From: Candidatus Acidiferrales bacterium
GTDB lineage: Bacteria > Acidobacteriota > Terriglobia > Acidiferrales > UBA7541
NCBI GenBank assembly: GCA_035696585.1
Contig: DASRQP010000313.1
Coordinates: forward strand, 1-38,072
DNA: 38,072 nt
Direction: 5' to 3'
Below are positions 35,213-38,072 of the stretch, one piece after another. Every line of letters begins with the position of its first letter. The first letter of the stretch is position 1. The position numbers and the translations under genes were made by a program. Below the pieces are notes generated by a model that was not told the origin of the DNA, did not search any database, and saw nothing but the letters and a program-made list of their open reading frames with translations.

Positions 35213-36439
35213 TCACTCCGCGCGCAAAATTTCAACGGGGAGCGTACCTGCGGCGGCGCGAGCGGGGTAGATTGTTGCGGCGATGCAAATCGTCAGCGCG
35301 GCAGCCGTGATCCAAATCGCATCCCAGCCGCTCGAATGAAATGGGACGTAGGGAATCGAATAGATTTCGGGGTTAAGCGGAACCAATTTCCAGCGATTAG
35401 CAATCCAGGACAGCGAATAGCCCACCGCGAGGCCAATTGCAGTACCGGCGATGCCAACAAGCAGCCCTTGCAACACGAATATATTGCGCACCTGAATGCG
35501 TCGCGCTCCCAAGGCCATCAGGACAGCTATATCGTGCGCCTTATCCGTGACTGTCATAGCCAGCACGACCAGGACATTGAGTCCAGCGACGAAGGTGATG
35601 AGGCCAATGAAAATGGCGGTGACCAGTTTTTCGAAACTCATCGCGCGAAAGAGCGGCTGATTCTCTTCCATCCACGTGGTGGTGTGAAACTGTGGCCCTG
35701 CTTCGCGCGCGAGAACCGCCGCGATTTTCCCAGCATCGTCGAGATTGTTCACGCGAATCTCGAGAAGACTGACGACGTCACCGATTCCGGCGAGTTCCTG
35801 AGAATCATGCAGCGTAACGAAAGCCCAGTTGGCGTCGTAATCGTAGAATCCGGAACTGTAAATCCCCGAGATGCGAAACCGGCGCGAGCGTGGCAACAGG
35901 CCGAACGGCGTCAGGCTACCCTGCGGACTGAGAACCGTGACGTAATCCCCTGCTTCGACCTTCAAATTATCCGCAAGGATATTGCCGATTATAATCGCCG
36001 GAATGCCGCTGGAATCGGGCGTGAAGTTGCCATTGCCAGTCACAAGATGGTCGAGCGCCGAGTCCCATCGTCTTTCCAGTTGAGGATCGATCCCCTTCAG
36101 AACTACGCCTTCCGTTTGGTTGCCCGCCAACAAGAGCACCTGGTTGTATACGGCGGGAGTAATAAATTCAACGCCTGGCGTCGGAACCAAACGCGTCATT
36201 AGTTCGCTATAATTTCGGATTCCCTGGGTTCCGTTGGGCTTGATGTTGACGTGAGCTGTGACGCCCAGCAGACGATTACGAATTGCGAGGCTGGAGCCTG
36301 TGTTCATCGCCAACGCAATAACCAGCGTGGCGACTCCTGCCGCGACACCCGCAATCGAAAGAAAAGTCACCAGTCGCAGAACTGGCGGTTTGTATTTGGA
36401 CCGCAGATACCGCCGCGCAATCATCCACTCGAAGCTCAT
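35213..36439 (-). CDS. lolE: lipoprotein-releasing system transmembrane subunit LolC/LolE family
   Basis: 408 aa with MSFEWMIARRYLRSK..., a periplasmic domain, and an FtsX-type C-terminal bundle (TDKAHDIAVLMALGARR). Its ATG overlaps the lysS TGA (ATGA). Confidence 0.85.
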   Translation of the reverse strand: MSFEWMIARRYLRSKYKPPVLRLVTFLSIAGVAAGVATLVIALAMNTGSSLAIRNRLLGVTAHVNIKPNGTQGIRNYSELMTRLVPTPGVEFITPAVYNQVLLLAGNQTEGVVLKGIDPQLERRWDSALDHLVTGNGNFTPDSSGIPAIIIGNILADNLKVEAGDYVTVLSPQGSLTPFGLLPRSRRFRISGIYSSGFYDYDANWAFVTLHDSQELAGIGDVVSLLEIRVNNLDDAGKIAAVLAREAGPQFHTTTWMEENQPLFRAMSFEKLVTAIFIGLITFVAGLNVLVVLAMTVTDKAHDIAVLMALGARRIQVRNIFVLQGLLVGIAGTAIGLAVGYSLSWIANRWKLVPLNPEIYSIPYVPFHSSGWDAIWITAAALTICIAATIYPARAAAGTLPVEILRAE

Positions 36440-38001
36440 TTTGTTTCTTCATTCGCCGCCGCAGCGTCAGTGTCAGAATCCTTTTGCGGGCGAAGCGTCG
36501 GGAACAGGATGACCTCGCGAATCGAATGCGAATCCGTCAGCAGCATGATCAAGCGATCAATGCCAACGCCTTCGCCCGCCGTGGGTGGCATGCCGTGGGC
36601 CAACGCGCGGATGTAATCCCAATCGACTTCCTTCGGCACTTCTGCTCCACCGCTTTCAACTTGTGCGCGGAAACGCCGCTCCTGGTCCGCTGGATCGTTG
36701 AGTTCGGAGAAACCATTGGCAAGTTCCATGCCTTCGATGAACAACTCGAAACGCTCCGCCACCGATGGATCATCCTTCCGGCATTTCGAAAGCGGGGAGA
36801 TGTCAGTGGGAAAATCATAAATGAAAGTAGGCTGAATCAGGTGCGCTTCGGCAACGGCCTCAAAAAGCGCCCCGGTCAATTCTCCGGTGGAGGATTTGTC
36901 CAGGTCGCGAATTAAGTCAAACCCCTTGCCACGGGCAACATTATTAAAGCGTTCGGCAACGTTGCGCGGACCTTGCGGGGTGCTCAGTTCATCGACCGAA
37001 GGCGCGTTGCCTGCGTTGGCAGGCCAAAACTTGCAGATCGCTTCGCGCATGGACAACGATTCGAAATGGCCGAAGTCGAGTTCGTGCTCGCCATATTTTA
37101 TTTTTGTGCCGCCCGAAACGTCTTTGGCGAGCCCCGCAAACAACTCCTCTGTCAGTTTCATCAGGTCGCGGTAATCGCTGTAGGCCTCGTAAAATTCGAG
37201 CATGGTGAATTCGGGAGTGTGGATGGCGTCCACGCCTTCATTGCGGAAATTGCGGTTGATTTCATAAACGCGATCGATTCCTCCCACGATGAGACGCTTC
37301 AGATAAAGCTCCGGCGCGATGCGCATATAAAAATCCACGTCAAAGGTGTTGTGGTGAGTAATAAACGGACGCGCTGTGGCGCCGCCGAGAATGGGGTGCA
37401 TCATCGGCGTTTCGACTTCCAGATAGCGGCGAGCGTCGAAGAATTCGCGGATGTAGCGAATGACCGCCGCGCGCTGAACGAAGATATGGCGCACGCGCTC
37501 ATTGGCGATCAGATCCAGGTAGCGTCGTCTGTAGCGCATCTCCACATCGGCTAATCCGTGCCATTTCTCCGGCAGCGGGAGAAGCGCCTTCGTCAACAAA
37601 GTGAGTTTTTCGACCCAGACGGTCAGCTCATTCGTCTTTGTGCGAAAGAGGTGCCCGGAGACGCCAATGACGTCCCCGATATCGAGCAACTGAAACAGCT
37701 GAAATGCCTCCGCACCCACGGCGTCGAGCTTCACGTAAATCTGTAGCTTCTGCCCTTGTCCCTGGATATGCGCGAAGCCGGCCTTGCCGTGCAGTCGAAT
37801 AGTGAGAATGCGGCCGGCAACCGAAACGTTCACCTTTGCTTCTTGGAGTTCGGCCGCGCTTTTTTGATCGTATGTGCTGACGATTTCCTGCGCCGTTTGT
37901 TTCCAAGCGAATTTATGCGGATAAGGGTCAAAGCCCAAACTTGCTATTTCTTCCAGTTTTTTCTGGCGTTGCAGAAGCTGATCGCGCGGTTCGAATTCCA
38001 A
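36436..38001 (-). CDS. lysS: lysine--tRNA ligase (class II)
   Basis: 521 aa with an OB-fold anticodon-binding region (VSVAGRILTIRLHGKAGFAHIQ), class II motifs (FLEVETPMM; RNEG.D..HTPEFTMLE; GIGIDRL) and ELANGFSELNDP. TTG start with GGAG 7 nt upstream. Confidence 0.93.
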   Translation of the reverse strand: MEFEPRDQLLQRQKKLEEIASLGFDPYPHKFAWKQTAQEIVSTYDQKSAAELQEAKVNVSVAGRILTIRLHGKAGFAHIQGQGQKLQIYVKLDAVGAEAFQLFQLLDIGDVIGVSGHLFRTKTNELTVWVEKLTLLTKALLPLPEKWHGLADVEMRYRRRYLDLIANERVRHIFVQRAAVIRYIREFFDARRYLEVETPMMHPILGGATARPFITHHNTFDVDFYMRIAPELYLKRLIVGGIDRVYEINRNFRNEGVDAIHTPEFTMLEFYEAYSDYRDLMKLTEELFAGLAKDVSGGTKIKYGEHELDFGHFESLSMREAICKFWPANAGNAPSVDELSTPQGPRNVAERFNNVARGKGFDLIRDLDKSSTGELTGALFEAVAEAHLIQPTFIYDFPTDISPLSKCRKDDPSVAERFELFIEGMELANGFSELNDPADQERRFRAQVESGGAEVPKEVDWDYIRALAHGMPPTAGEGVGIDRLIMLLTDSHSIREVILFPTLRPQKDSDTDAAAANEETK

Positions 38002-38032
38002 GCGGTACTCCGTTTCTCGTTGAGCCGTGCGC

Positions 38033-38062
38033 AGTATAGCGAGCGCGTTCGTAAAGCGTCAA
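38033..38062 (-). promoter_or_regulatory. sigma70-like promoter for lysS-lolE
   Basis: On the minus strand: TTGACG, 18-nt spacer, TATACT. It lies about 30 nt upstream of the lysS start. Confidence 0.5.
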
Positions 38063-38072
38063 GGAAGCGCCG

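Overview
This is a 38 kb chromosomal segment of a high-GC Gram-negative bacterium. The protein signatures look Acidobacteriota-like, but I cannot verify that without a search. The window is almost entirely coding: I support 27 CDS and recognised no rRNA, tRNA, CRISPR array, transposase or integrase. From 17.3 to 38.0 kb everything is on the minus strand and is core housekeeping and envelope biogenesis: lysS-lolE | lolD-clpC | bamA-giant lipoprotein | skp | rimP-nusA-infB-DUF503-rbfA-truB. From 0 to 9 kb there is a DUF2950/DUF3300 pair, a TlpA-like thioredoxin, an MBL-fold hydrolase, an O-methyltransferase, proline dehydrogenase, trxB, an APC permease with a USP-like tail, and a DUF971 protein. 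Four things deserve a second look. (1) The 9.2-14.0 kb operon encodes an FTR1 iron permease fused to a DUF2318 Cys-rich domain, two FtsX/MacB-type permeases, and an ABC ATPase fused to a complete DtxR-like metalloregulator. It looks like a P19-less, heavily fused relative of the Campylobacter cFtr1-P19-type iron uptake locus. (2) Divergently transcribed from that operon is an orphan secretin whose secretin domain is split by a roughly 390-aa insertion forming a seven-blade FG-GAP propeller. (3) A 1184-aa lipoprotein with two seven-blade YVTN propellers sits between bamA and skp, making it a candidate BAM-associated lipoprotein. (4) Regulatory candidates include a promoter plus intrinsic terminator in the rimP-nusA-infB leader, and an unexplained 329-bp gap between lolE and lolD-clpC. 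All family assignments rest on motifs I can read in the translations. No database search was possible.
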